Assembly (NCBI GenBank): GCA_044449585.1
Contig: JBIOID010000001.1
Span: forward strand, 1 to 26,391
Direction: 5' to 3'
Source: Candidatus Limnocylindrales bacterium
GTDB taxonomy: Bacteria > Chloroflexota > Limnocylindria > Limnocylindrales > CSP1-4
Length of the DNA: 26,391 nucleotides
Shown: positions 1 to 9,094 of the stretch, piece by piece
How positions within the stretch are numbered: the first letter of the stretch is position 1
How the letters are laid out: each line of letters starts with the position of its first letter
Notes under the pieces: generated by a model
Database searches by the model: none
Seen by the model: the letters and a program-made list of their open reading frames with translations, nothing else
What the model was told of the DNA's origin: nothing
Translations under genes and position numbers: made by a program

Positions 1-50
1 CGGTCGGCGTGGTGGTACTGGGCGAGCAGCTGGCGGTCGGTGGGCAGCAT
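1..50 (-). CDS. 5' part of a hypothetical protein running off the left edge (MLPTDRQLLAQYHHADR...)
   Basis: On the reverse strand, AAGGAGG is followed 5 nt later by ATG at 50 and an open frame to the window edge. It is divergent from the cyclase gene and absent from the ORF track because it is truncated. Confidence 0.6.
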   Translation of the reverse strand, partial: MLPTDRQLLAQYHHAD

Positions 51-276
51 CACATCCTCCTTGGCGGTCCCGGTGGCGCGACCGCATCGCTGGCGCTCAT
101 GCTCGGTCGCCGACGCGCGGCCGGCCATCACGTGCGCGACCACGGCCCGGTCATCCGCGCGAACCCCGGCCTGCCACCGCGCCGGCGCCCCAGGTGTCGC
201 GTGGGCGACCCCACGGGGCCGGCCAGCTCCGGCAGAACCCTATCGCGCGAGGCGGTAGAGGCCTGATGATGCACGC

Positions 277-3200
277 ATGACGACGTCGTGCGCTGTCTGC
301 GGGGCGGACAATCCGCGGTCCTCGCGGTACTGCGCGGCATGCGGCAGCGCGCTCGGGGCCCACTGCTCGGCGTGCGGTGCGGCGGTCGCTCGCGGCGTGC
401 GGTTCTGCGGCACCTGCGGGGTCGAGGTGGCTCCTCAGCGCGGCCCATCGGCGTCCGCCGTCGCCGATGGGGAGCCGCTGTCGGCGGGAGCAGGCGCCAA
501 GGCGGCCTCCGCCGTCGCCGAGCGACGCCAGGTCTCCGTCCTGTTCGTCGACCTGGTCGGCTTCACCAGTCTCGCCGATGGGCGGGACCCAGAGGAGGTC
601 CGCGAACTCCTGGACCGCTACTTCGCGACGTGCCGGACGCTGATCGTGCGGTATGGCGGCGCCCTCGAGAAGTTCATCGGTGACGCGGTCATGGCCGTCT
701 GGGGCGCACCGATGGCGCACGAGGACGATGCGGAGCGGGCGGTTCGGGCGGCCCTGGACCTCGTGACGGCGGTCGCCGGTCTTGGTGCGGAGCTTGGTCT
801 CCCGAGCCTGGCGGCCCGTGGTGGGGTCGTCACCGGCGAGGCGGCCGTGACCGTCGGTGCCGTCGGCCAGGGGATGGTCGCCGGGGATGTCGTGAACACC
901 GCGTCACGGCTCCAGGGGGCCGCGCGATCAGGCGCGGTGCTGGTGGACGAGGCGACCTATCGGATCGCCCGGGATTCGATCGCCTTCACGCCGGCTGGAG
1001 CGCGCACGCTACGCGGTAAACCGCAAGCCGTTCCGGCGTGGGAGGCGCGGGAGGTGGTGGCCCTCCGGCGCGGTCGGGGCCGCAGCCCACGCCTGGAGGG
1101 CCCGCTGGTGGGGCGCCAGAGCACGCTCGCCATCCTCAAACAGCTCCTCATGGCCGTGCGCGAGGAGCGGACCGTGCGGCTGGTCTCGATCTTCGGGCAG
1201 GCGGGCGTAGGCAAGAGCCGCCTGGTCTGGGAGCTGGAGAAGTACATCGACGGCGTCGTCGAGGGGATCTGGTGGCACCAGGCCAGCTTCCCCGCCTATG
1301 GGGAGGGCCTCGCCTTCTGGCCCCTTGCCGCCATGGTTCGTGCCCGGGCGGGGATCATCGGCGACGAGCGCCCCGACGCAGCACGGCAGCGACTCGCTGC
1401 CTGCCTGGCCCGCTTCGTACCAGACGACGCGGAGCGCCGATGGATCGCGCCGTTCCTGGCGACCCTCGTCGGTCTCGGCCCGCCGACCGACGGCGAGCGG
1501 GAGGAGCAGTTCGCCGCCTGGCGGACCTTCTTCGAGCGGATCGCCGACCAGGGCACCACCGTCCTCGTCTTCGACGACCTGCACTGGGCCGACGCGGGCA
1601 CGCTCGATTTCGTGGACTACCTCATCGAGCGTTCCGCAGCGCGGCCGATCCTGGTCGTCACGGTGGCGCGGCCCGAACTCCTCGAGCGGCGGCCGGACTG
1701 GGGCGTCGGTCGCCGCGGGTACGTCGGCATCAGCCTCGAACCGCTGACCGGGTCGGCGATGACCGAGCTCCTCCTGCGGCTGGCGCCCGGCCTGCCGGCC
1801 GACCTCACCGACCGTATCCTCGCCCGCGCGGAAGGCGTCCCCCTCTACGCTGCGGAGTTCCTGCGCATGCTGGTGGACCGAGGCGATCTCGCCCCCGGCG
1901 TGGGCGGGTACGAGGCCCGCCGCGCCCTCGATCGGCTGGCGGTCCCGGGATCGCTGCACGCGTTGGTCGCGGCCCGCCTCGACGGCCTCGCGCCCGACGA
2001 CCGGGCGCTCCTGCTCGACGCCGCAGTCCTCAACGACCCGTTCCGTCCGGCGGCGCTCGCGGCGGTGGGCGCCACCACCGTCGGAGCGATCGAGCCGGGC
2101 CTGGGCCGCCTCATCCGGCGCGAGATGATCGCCCGCGTCGGGGATGAACGGGCGCGCGATCCGGATCGACTTCGGTTCGTCGAGTGGCTCGTGCGTGACG
2201 TGGCCTACGGGACACTGGCCCTGCGCGACCGGCGGGTCCGTCACCTCGCCGCTGCGGATCACTACGAGTCGCTCGACGATCCCGACGCGAGCGGCGTCAT
2301 CGCCGGCCACGTCCTTGCGGCCTACCGGTCCGGCAGCGGGGGGCGGGGTGATCCGGCGCTCGCGGATCGCGCCGTCGCTGCGCTGCGGACGGCGGCCGAT
2401 CGCGCTTCCGCGCTGCACGCGCCGGAGACGGCGCTCGCGTTCCTCGTGGAGGCGCTCACGGTGGCCACGGACCCCGCGCAGGTCGCCGGCTTGCGCGAGC
2501 ACGCAGCCGCCGCGGCGCATGCGCTCGCGCGGCTGGAGGAGGCGGAGACGTACGCGCGGGCCGCGCTCGACTGGTATCGCGAGCGCAGCGAGGCGGCGGC
2601 GATGGCGCGCACCGCTGCCCGGCTCGGCTCGATCCAGGTCGCCCGCTATGACCCCGGCGCGATCGCCACCATGCGCGGAGTCGTCGAGGAGCTGCGTGAC
2701 GGAGGTGTCGACGGGGGGTTCGCGGTGGCCGACGACCCGGCCGTGGTGGCGCTGCTGGCCGAGCTCGCGCGCGCCTGCCTGGTCAACGGGCGGATGGCGG
2801 AGGCGATCGCCTGGGCTGACCAGGCGCTTGCCGGGGCCGATCGCCTGGGGCTCGTGCAGCTCACCGCCGATGCCATGGCCGGCAAGGGTGCGGCACTCCT
2901 GGAGGAGCGCCGCACCACCGAGGGGATCGCCCTGCTGCGGGCCGCGCTCGTCGTGGCCGAGGATCACGGACTGGTCGTATCGGCGCTGCGGGCGCGCAAC
3001 GGGCTCGCCGTCGGCCTGCTCGCTGATGACCCGAGGGCGGCTCACGCGACGGCTGCGGCCGGGCTGGCGGTGGCCCGTCGCTTCGGGTTCCGCGACCTCG
3101 CCATCCGACTCGCCAGCAACTGGGCGGAGGCGGCGCTCGAGGTCGGTGACTGGGACGACGCGCTCCAGGTGCTGGCCGAGCTCGCCGACGAACGGCTGCC

Positions 3201-3852
3201 GATCACCGATCGCGTCGACCTCGGCGGCGTCGTCGCCCTCGTCCGGGCGTGGCGCGGCGACCGCGACGCGACCGACCGCTTCGACGCGCTGGCCGCCCTC
3301 ATCCCGCCACGCGGGGAGGAGCTGGCCGCGGCGACCCTGCTGTACCGACGTTCGCTGGCGGCCATCGCGCAGGGTCGGCCGATCGCGGCCCAGGCGGACG
3401 CAGAGGCGGCCATGGCCCGTCTGGCCGCGTTCGGCGGCCGGACCGCCGTGCGCGAAGGGGGCGTGGCCGTCGCCCGGGCCGCCCTCTGGAACGGCGATGC
3501 CGCCCGCCTGACACGGGCCATCGCCGACCTCCGATCGTCGGGCCTGGGTGGTCGCTGGGTGGAGGCCATCGTGGGGACGCTGGATGCTGGCCTGGCGGCA
3601 CGGCAGGGTGACGCGGTGACGGCCACCGAGCGATACGCCGACGCCTCAGCCGCGTGGCGGCGGCTCGACCTGCCGCTCCAGTCGGCGCTCTGCCAGCTGG
3701 AGGCCGCGCTGTTCCTGCCGGCCGACTCCGCCGATGCGGCGGCGGCCGCTCAAGAGGCGCGCACGACCCTGACGGGCCTTGGCGCGCTCGGCTTCCTGGA
3801 ACGGTTGTCCGACGGGCTGGTCGAGGATCCGCTGGTCAGTCGTCCGGCCTGA
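277..3852 (+). CDS. Double zinc-ribbon / class III adenylate-guanylate cyclase / STAND (AAA_16-type) ATPase / TPR-like helical repeat protein, 1191 aa
   Basis: Four CxxC pairs (CAVC, CAAC, CSAC, CGTC). Cyclase motifs LFVDLVGFT, EKFIGDAVMA, GDVVNTASRL. Walker A GQAGVGKS and Walker B VLVFDDLHWAD. Long Ala-rich helical C-terminus. Confidence 0.92.
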   Translation: MTTSCAVCGADNPRSSRYCAACGSALGAHCSACGAAVARGVRFCGTCGVEVAPQRGPSASAVADGEPLSAGAGAKAASAVAERRQVSVLFVDLVGFTSLADGRDPEEVRELLDRYFATCRTLIVRYGGALEKFIGDAVMAVWGAPMAHEDDAERAVRAALDLVTAVAGLGAELGLPSLAARGGVVTGEAAVTVGAVGQGMVAGDVVNTASRLQGAARSGAVLVDEATYRIARDSIAFTPAGARTLRGKPQAVPAWEAREVVALRRGRGRSPRLEGPLVGRQSTLAILKQLLMAVREERTVRLVSIFGQAGVGKSRLVWELEKYIDGVVEGIWWHQASFPAYGEGLAFWPLAAMVRARAGIIGDERPDAARQRLAACLARFVPDDAERRWIAPFLATLVGLGPPTDGEREEQFAAWRTFFERIADQGTTVLVFDDLHWADAGTLDFVDYLIERSAARPILVVTVARPELLERRPDWGVGRRGYVGISLEPLTGSAMTELLLRLAPGLPADLTDRILARAEGVPLYAAEFLRMLVDRGDLAPGVGGYEARRALDRLAVPGSLHALVAARLDGLAPDDRALLLDAAVLNDPFRPAALAAVGATTVGAIEPGLGRLIRREMIARVGDERARDPDRLRFVEWLVRDVAYGTLALRDRRVRHLAAADHYESLDDPDASGVIAGHVLAAYRSGSGGRGDPALADRAVAALRTAADRASALHAPETALAFLVEALTVATDPAQVAGLREHAAAAAHALARLEEAETYARAALDWYRERSEAAAMARTAARLGSIQVARYDPGAIATMRGVVEELRDGGVDGGFAVADDPAVVALLAELARACLVNGRMAEAIAWADQALAGADRLGLVQLTADAMAGKGAALLEERRTTEGIALLRAALVVAEDHGLVVSALRARNGLAVGLLADDPRAAHATAAAGLAVARRFGFRDLAIRLASNWAEAALEVGDWDDALQVLAELADERLPITDRVDLGGVVALVRAWRGDRDATDRFDALAALIPPRGEELAAATLLYRRSLAAIAQGRPIAAQADAEAAMARLAAFGGRTAVREGGVAVARAALWNGDAARLTRAIADLRSSGLGGRWVEAIVGTLDAGLAARQGDAVTATERYADASAAWRRLDLPLQSALCQLEAALFLPADSADAAAAAQEARTTLTGLGALGFLERLSDGLVEDPLVSRPA

Positions 3853-4192
3853 CCTTGTAGATCGTGACGCCGACCGTCTTCTCGACGGGCGCCACGGTCA
3901 CCATCACGTACATGTAGATGCGACTGAGCGTCCGGTGGTGGTTGACCACGAACGTCGTGACGTGCCAGTCGTCGCCCACCTCGTCGATCTCTTCCACCAG
4001 GACCTGGAGCGGGTCATGGATGAACCGCTCGGAGTCGGGCGAGCTGCTCTTGAGCCGCTTGGCCAGGACCCGGAACGGGATCGGTGAGCCGTCGGTCGGT
4101 TTCAGGTCCGTCAGTTCGAGCTGGATCCACTCGCTGGAGTCATTGGGCTCATCGTCCCCGTAGCCCGCGTCACTCGATTTGAACCCTGCCAT
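3836..4192 (-). CDS. Hypothetical protein, 118 aa
   Basis: Strong RBS AAGGAGG 6 nt before the ATG. Globular-looking, non-shadow composition. Downstream of the SnoaL gene on the same strand, with a 17-nt convergent overlap with the cyclase gene. Confidence 0.75.
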   Translation of the reverse strand: MAGFKSSDAGYGDDEPNDSSEWIQLELTDLKPTDGSPIPFRVLAKRLKSSSPDSERFIHDPLQVLVEEIDEVGDDWHVTTFVVNHHRTLSRIYMYVMVTVAPVEKTVGVTIYKVRPDD

Positions 4193-4207
4193 GGTGCGCC
4201 TCCTTTG

Positions 4208-4585
4208 TCAGGCGAAGAAGGCGGTGATGGCGGCGGTATCGTCGGAGAACGCCCACCGTTCGATCACCTTGCCGTCCCGGATGTGATAGATCTCGACCGT
4301 CCGATAGGTGAGGGTCCGGCCGCCCCGGGTGGCGGTGGCCTCGACCATCGCGATGGCGTGGTCGTCACTGGCGAGGAGGTCGTGGAGCGTGCCGGTGATC
4401 TCGTAGTCGGCGCTCCCGCCGGGCCCGCCCTCGCGCAGGGCTGCCTTGCCACGGCGCGGCTCGGCGCGGCCGATCTCGTGCCAGATCACGTCGTCGGCGA
4501 TCAGGGCATCGAGCTGGCCCATGTCACCTTGAGCGAAGGCGTCCTGCAGCCGGCGCGCGACAGCCGCGTTCTCTGCCTGGGTCAT
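4208..4585 (-). CDS. SnoaL-like / NTF2-fold protein, 125 aa
   Basis: MTQAENAAVARRLQDAFAQGDMGQLDALIADDVIWH...HIRDGKVIERW is a typical NTF2/SnoaL pattern. AGGAGG lies upstream of the ATG at 4585, so I shortened the start relative to the ORF track. Confidence 0.88.
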   Translation of the reverse strand: MTQAENAAVARRLQDAFAQGDMGQLDALIADDVIWHEIGRAEPRRGKAALREGGPGGSADYEITGTLHDLLASDDHAIAMVEATATRGGRTLTYRTVEIYHIRDGKVIERWAFSDDTAAITAFFA

Positions 4586-4760
4586 CGTCCGTCCTCCTGC
4601 CTTGTGCGGCGAGCGACCGCCGCCCTCATCGTGAGCGCGTTCACTGTGGCGCACGACGTCTCGTCCGGCAATCCCCTTCTGGCTCCGGTTCAGTTCAACG
4701 TGGCCCGAGCGATGGCGTCCCTGCCAGGTCCGGCCTGCGCGACGACCACCGGTTCCCGCA

Positions 4761-5234
4761 TCAGCCGTAGCGCTCGACGGCGACCGCCGCGAGATCCGCG
4801 CCGGCCTGGAGCAACGGCCGGACACCCTGCTCGACCGGCCGCTCATGGGCCAGCGCGAGGACGCCCAGCACCCGCTGTCTTCCGTCATGGGTCACCGTCA
4901 ATGGCAGGTGGCTGCGCAGCGCCGGACCGCCCGGGGCGGTCGGCTGGACGTCGAACGTCGCGACCGGGTTCGCGACGGTGCGCGCGATCGGGTGGCCCGG
5001 GTTGCCGATGGCCGCTGCCAGGCCAGCCTCGGCGTCCTGGCCGAGGCCGAACGACGCCGCGATCCTCAGGTGGCCGGATCGTGCGTCGGCCACGACGATG
5101 GCGGCGGAGGCGATACCCAGCGGCTCAGCGATGGCGTCAAGGAGCGCCCGAAGCGTCGGCACGAGGCCGTCCGCCTGCGCGAGCGCCCGTGCACTCGTCA
5201 CCAGGATCTCCTGCGCCTTGTCCGACACGTTCAT
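4761..5234 (-). CDS. Stand-alone GAF-domain protein, 157 aa
   Basis: GAF-like layout: N-terminal helices (LVPTLRALLDAIAEPLGI), LRIAASFGL, then HLPLTV...VLGVLALAH and a closing helix LLQAGADLAAVAVER. GGAGAGG upstream. Confidence 0.72.
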   Translation of the reverse strand: MNVSDKAQEILVTSARALAQADGLVPTLRALLDAIAEPLGIASAAIVVADARSGHLRIAASFGLGQDAEAGLAAAIGNPGHPIARTVANPVATFDVQPTAPGGPALRSHLPLTVTHDGRQRVLGVLALAHERPVEQGVRPLLQAGADLAAVAVERYG

Positions 5235-5350
5235 CCTCTCCGTCTGGATCCGATGACGCCGATCGCCGCCACGTCCGTCGTGCGATCGTAACCCTCCGAG
5301 CGGCTGTGTACGCTTGGCCGACCGAGCGTCAACGAGCGGAGGATGCGCAC

Positions 5351-5830
5351 ATGGTCACGTGGGGTGGATTCGAAGCCGCAGCACCGGACATCGCCGCGCG
5401 TGGGCGGGAGCTCCTGTACCGGATCGACCATGGTCAGGCGCTCCTGGTCACGGTGCGCGGCGAACAGCTGCCCGATGTGCACCCGATCTCGCTGGCCGTG
5501 GTCGGCAGCGGGCTGTACGCGTTCATCCTCCCGTCGCCCAAGCTGGAGGACCTCGAACGCGACGGCCGCTATGCGCTGCATGCCCATTTCGACCCCCTCG
5601 TACCGCACGAGTTCGTGCTGCGCGGTCGGGTCCGGCCGGTGGACGACGTCACGCGCGCCGCGCTCGCGGCGGACTGGAGCTGGACGGTGGGCAGCGCGCG
5701 GGCCTTCGAGTTCCTCGTGGAGCACGTCCTGCTTGGCGAGCGGGCGAGCGCCGACGATTGGCCGCCGCGCTACACCACCTGGCCGAGCCCAGCCCAGCCC
5801 AGCCTCACGGCGTCCACCGGTCGCGCCTAG
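5351..5830 (+). CDS. Pyridoxamine 5'-phosphate oxidase-like (split beta-barrel, PPOX-like) protein, 159 aa
   Basis: MVTWGGFEAAAPDIAARGRELL...LVTVRG...PDVHPI...SPKLEDLERDGRYALH matches the PPOX-like family pattern. GGAGG upstream of the ATG at 5351, which is the 3' part of track ORF 4205-5830. Confidence 0.8.
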   Translation: MVTWGGFEAAAPDIAARGRELLYRIDHGQALLVTVRGEQLPDVHPISLAVVGSGLYAFILPSPKLEDLERDGRYALHAHFDPLVPHEFVLRGRVRPVDDVTRAALAADWSWTVGSARAFEFLVEHVLLGERASADDWPPRYTTWPSPAQPSLTASTGRA

Positions 5831-5846
5831 GAGGCCCCGTCGCGCC

Positions 5847-6440
5847 TCAGAGCAGCTGGGTCACGAGCGCTTCCACCTGGGCCAGCGATGCCGGCGTCGC
5901 CGTCGCGGTGATGGCGACGAGCGTCGACCCCTTGGTCGCCACGACCTCCTCGTTGTCCTTGCCGTTGTTCAGCGACTGCACGAATGACGAGGCCTGGTCG
6001 CCCACCCCGGTCACGCTCACGGGTGGGACCGGGAACTTGGCGATGAACTTCGAGATGAGCGACGGGTCGGTGTTCGTGACCATCTCGATGATCACGTTGG
6101 CCGACGTTCCGGGATACTCGCATGACACGCCGGTCGCCCCGGTCGGCAATTGGGTCGCATCGCCGGTGGGGACCGACAAGGGCCCGGTGAGGCTGACGCC
6201 CAGGGCGGCGTTGACCGCGGCGGCCGTCGGGCAGGTGCTGGCGGCGGCGCCCGCCGTCGCGGTCGCCACGGCTGCCAAGCTGCCCGTCGGAGCGACCGTG
6301 GCCGCCGGCGCGGTGGCCGCAGTGGTCGGTGGCGCGGTGGCCCCGGTCGTGGGCGACCCGCCGCTCGTACTGCAGGCGGCGAGAGCCACCGCGACAAGGA
6401 CCGTGGTGAGCGTCAACCAGCGCGAGCTGCTGCGAGACAC
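5847..6440 (-). CDS. Lipoprotein with a Thr/Ala/Pro linker and a DUF3558-like Cys-pair domain, 197 aa
   Basis: Signal peptide with lipobox LAA-C, a TAP-rich linker, then CPTAAAVNAALG...SCEY...VTGVGDQA. GTG start with AAGGAGG upstream. The DUF assignment is by resemblance only. Confidence 0.8.
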   Translation of the reverse strand: MSRSSSRWLTLTTVLVAVALAACSTSGGSPTTGATAPPTTAATAPAATVAPTGSLAAVATATAGAAASTCPTAAAVNAALGVSLTGPLSVPTGDATQLPTGATGVSCEYPGTSANVIIEMVTNTDPSLISKFIAKFPVPPVSVTGVGDQASSFVQSLNNGKDNEEVVATKGSTLVAITATATPASLAQVEALVTQLL

Positions 6441-6625
6441 GTGCGACGCCTCCTTTCCGAGATCGTCGCACCCGGTTCGGCTGGAACGTCGTGGCTGCGG
6501 CGGCCCCTCGGCGCGGACAGGTTAGGGCATCTGCCAGGACGTGCGCCATGACTGGCCGGCTGATCTGCGGTGAGGGCGCTGCTTGAGCAGTAGGTTCCGT
6601 TCGCCACATAGATGGGTGTGCGCCG

Positions 6626-6655
6626 TTGACGCGCGACATCGGGCTCCACTAGGCT
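6626..6655 (+). promoter_or_regulatory. Putative sigma70-type promoter TTGACG-N18-TAGGCT
   Basis: -35 TTGACG at 6626-6631 and -10 TAGGCT at 6650-6655, upstream of the GAGGAG RBS and GTG at 6710. Confidence 0.55.
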
Positions 6656-6709
6656 CATCGTCCACGGCGGCGAAGGCAGACTGTCCTGCCCCACGCGGAG
6701 AGGAGTCTC

Positions 6710-7414
6710 GTGGCCCAGGCCCCCGTCCCGACCGGAACCTCGCGAGCCGCGGCGCTCCGTGCGCGGGTCACGGGACGACGGCCCTTGGGGGTCGCGCTGC
6801 TCGCCTTGTTCGGGTTGCTCAACGGTGCCCAGTCACTCCTCGCGGCGGCCGGCTTCGTCGGGGCCCGATTCGGTTCGCTGGGTTCGCTGCTGGCGGACCC
6901 GATGCAGTTCAAGATCGTGACGCTGACGTTCGGCATCATCTCGATCGCGGCGGCGGTGGCGACGTGGCAGCTGCACCGCGCCGGCTGGTACGCCACGATG
7001 TTTCTCGCCGGTGGCGGCCTCCTACTCCAGATCGCGTTGTATATCTTCGGGTCGGCGAACTTCCTGAACCTGACCGTCTTCGTCATCTCGGCGTTCTACC
7101 TGAACCAGGTCGCGGTCAAGCGTCTCTTCCTCGATCCCCCGACGGAGACGACGATCGTGGCCCTCGAAGCTGACGGGGACGGACGCGCTGTCGTTGCGCC
7201 TCGTGCAACACCCGATGGGCAGCCTGGAGCTGGCCCACTGGTATGGACGCCCAGGTCGGCCGCCGTTCCATGCCCCGAGTCGGCTGGCCTGCGTCGGCCT
7301 GTTCGCCCGCCTGGTCGATACTGGCTTCACGGCATCGCTGCTCCTGCGCGGCAGCGTGCCGGGTGGCACGACGGCCGCGGCCTCGGTCAAGTACGAGGCG
7401 GTGCGCGAGCGTGA
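6710..7414 (+). CDS. Small multi-TM membrane protein (RPxG-type N-terminus). The residues after about nt 7190 look like aberrant read-through.
   Basis: RRPLGVALLALFGLLNG followed by about four hydrophobic helices to ...YLNQVAVKRLFL. The tail becomes Pro/Arg/Gly-rich and overlaps the coding frame of the next fragment. Confidence 0.7.
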   Translation: MAQAPVPTGTSRAAALRARVTGRRPLGVALLALFGLLNGAQSLLAAAGFVGARFGSLGSLLADPMQFKIVTLTFGIISIAAAVATWQLHRAGWYATMFLAGGGLLLQIALYIFGSANFLNLTVFVISAFYLNQVAVKRLFLDPPTETTIVALEADGDGRAVVAPRATPDGQPGAGPLVWTPRSAAVPCPESAGLRRPVRPPGRYWLHGIAAPARQRAGWHDGRGLGQVRGGARA

Positions 7415-8058
7415 CCCGCGCTTCGTGTATCACGGGCGCGTCGTGCGCCGTGACGGCTGGATCGCGCTCCACTACATGTACTTCTACTTCATGAACGACT
7501 GGCGCTCCACGTTCGCGGGCGCCAACGACCACGAGTCCGACTGGGAGCAGATCCTGGTCTTCCTCGAGGATGCGCCGGAGGGTCCCCGCCCTGTCATCAA
7601 CGCCGGGCGCAGCCGAGAGGCGCAGCTGCTGGACACCTTGCGCGCCGGCCGCGCCGAACTCTCCCGGCTGAAGGCCGGCGACTTCGGTGATCCGCGGGCC
7701 CACCTGCACCACGCCCAGCATCCGGTCCCGCCTGAGCTGGTTCGCCAGGGGCGTTTTGTCGAGCTGTGGGCCGCCACGAGCATCAGCTTCGTGATGGTCG
7801 CCGTGATCATGCTGACCTACACCGGGGCGATGCGCTGGTGGGTGGCCCTGGCGGTCGGCATCGTCGCGTACACGACCATCGAGGCCGCCTTCTGGCGCCG
7901 GCTGACCACACTCCTCCTCCGCGCGACACTCGCCCTGGCCGCAGTGGGCGCCTTGAATCCTGGCGTACGAGTTCGCCGGGCTGCTCCTCGTGATCGCCCT
8001 GGTCGGTCTGGCGGCCTTGACGCTGGCGGACAACGTGCGCGAGATCCGGCGCGGCTGA
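7194..8058 (+). pseudogene. Degraded Vps62/NPP1-like (DHExDWE motif) membrane-anchored protein: 5'-truncated, probable internal deletion, +1 frameshift near 7956
   Basis: Core motif HYMYFYFMNDW...NDHESDWEQ at about 7470-7550. No good RBS or start. The hydrophobic C-terminus continues in another frame after TTG-A-ATC at 7953-7959 (ILAYEFAGLLLVIALVGLAALTLADNVREIRRG, stop at 8058). Confidence 0.65.
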
Positions 8059-8080
8059 GCCCCACGAGCTGAAGCGCGAC

Positions 8081-9082
8081 ATGCTCGAACGGGTCGCGGA
8101 CCTGGTGCATGGCAGCCAACCGTTGCCGGCGGACCTGGAGGCCCTGGAGGCCAAGCTCCTCTTCGATCGGCCGCCGGTCCGTGACCGCCTGGTCAGGTTC
8201 TTCGTCCTTCTGTTCCTGGCCACCGTCATCGCCGCCGGCGGCCTCATGGGGAACTCGAGCGCGGTGATCATCGGGGCGATGATCGTGGCACCGTTGATGA
8301 CGCCGATGATGGCCGCGTCGCTTGCGACGCTCACCGGAGATGGCCCCAACATCGTCCGATCGGTGGTCATCGTCACGATCGGCGTCGCCTTCGTCATGGT
8401 GGTGGCCGGCCTGATGGCGCTGCTCGTCCCGGCCGGCAGCCGGATCACGCCGGAGGTCCTGGCGCGGACATCGCCCCATCTGCTCGACCTGATCATCGCT
8501 CTGGCGGCCGGAGCCGCCGGGGCCTTCGCCATCGGCCGTACGGATGTCTCCGATGCCCTGCCAGGGGTCGCCATCGCCGTCTCGCTGGTGCCACCACTGG
8601 CCGCCTCCTCCATCCTGCTGGTGGCCGGCGAGCCGGCGGCAGCCGGCGGCGCCTTCCTGCTCTTCTTCACCAACTTCGTGGCGATCGTGGCGGCCGGGGT
8701 CGTCGTCCTCGCCCTGATGGGCTACGGCAGCCTGGCCCGTCGCCTGGCGAGTCGGGCTGCCCGACGCACGGCGAGCCTCGTCATCCTCATCGCGCTGCTC
8801 CTGATCATCGTGCCGCTCGGCATCACGAGCTACCACGTGCTGATCAACGACCAGCTCCAGGGTCAGGCGAGCACGGCTCTTTCGTTCTGGCTGGCGGGGA
8901 CCAGCTACGAGGTCCAATCGGTCTCGGCTGACGACGGCCACGTGGACGCGTACGTCGCCGGTGAAGGGGCGCCCCCCCCGATGTCCGCCCTGCTGGCCGA
9001 CTTGCAGAACGAGGGCGTGCAGGCGACCATCGCGGTCCACATCCAGCCTGAACAGACCCTCAACGGGTCCACCGATCCCTGA
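8081..9082 (+). CDS. DUF389-family hydrophobic membrane protein, 333 aa
   Basis: Signature segments SSAVIIGAMIVAPLMTP, RTSPHLLDLIIALAAGAAGA, LPGVAIAVSLVPPL and FFTNFVAI. Confidence 0.9.
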   Translation: MLERVADLVHGSQPLPADLEALEAKLLFDRPPVRDRLVRFFVLLFLATVIAAGGLMGNSSAVIIGAMIVAPLMTPMMAASLATLTGDGPNIVRSVVIVTIGVAFVMVVAGLMALLVPAGSRITPEVLARTSPHLLDLIIALAAGAAGAFAIGRTDVSDALPGVAIAVSLVPPLAASSILLVAGEPAAAGGAFLLFFTNFVAIVAAGVVVLALMGYGSLARRLASRAARRTASLVILIALLLIIVPLGITSYHVLINDQLQGQASTALSFWLAGTSYEVQSVSADDGHVDAYVAGEGAPPPMSALLADLQNEGVQATIAVHIQPEQTLNGSTDP

Positions 9083-9094
9083 CGCCCCGCTTCC

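Noticed and set aside
1009-3045. Long ORFs of 200-680 aa antisense to or out of frame with real genes (e.g. 1009-3045 -, 7817-9430 -, 10577-11578 -, 16723-18015 +, 20646-22130 +, 23011-24168 +)
   Set aside because: These are shadow ORFs typical of high-GC DNA. They are Arg/Pro/Gly-rich, lack motifs and RBSs, and lie opposite well-supported genes.
5785-5803. Short (CCCAG)n tandem repeat in the PPOX-like 3' end
   Set aside because: About three units in a low-complexity tail, with no sign of phase variation.
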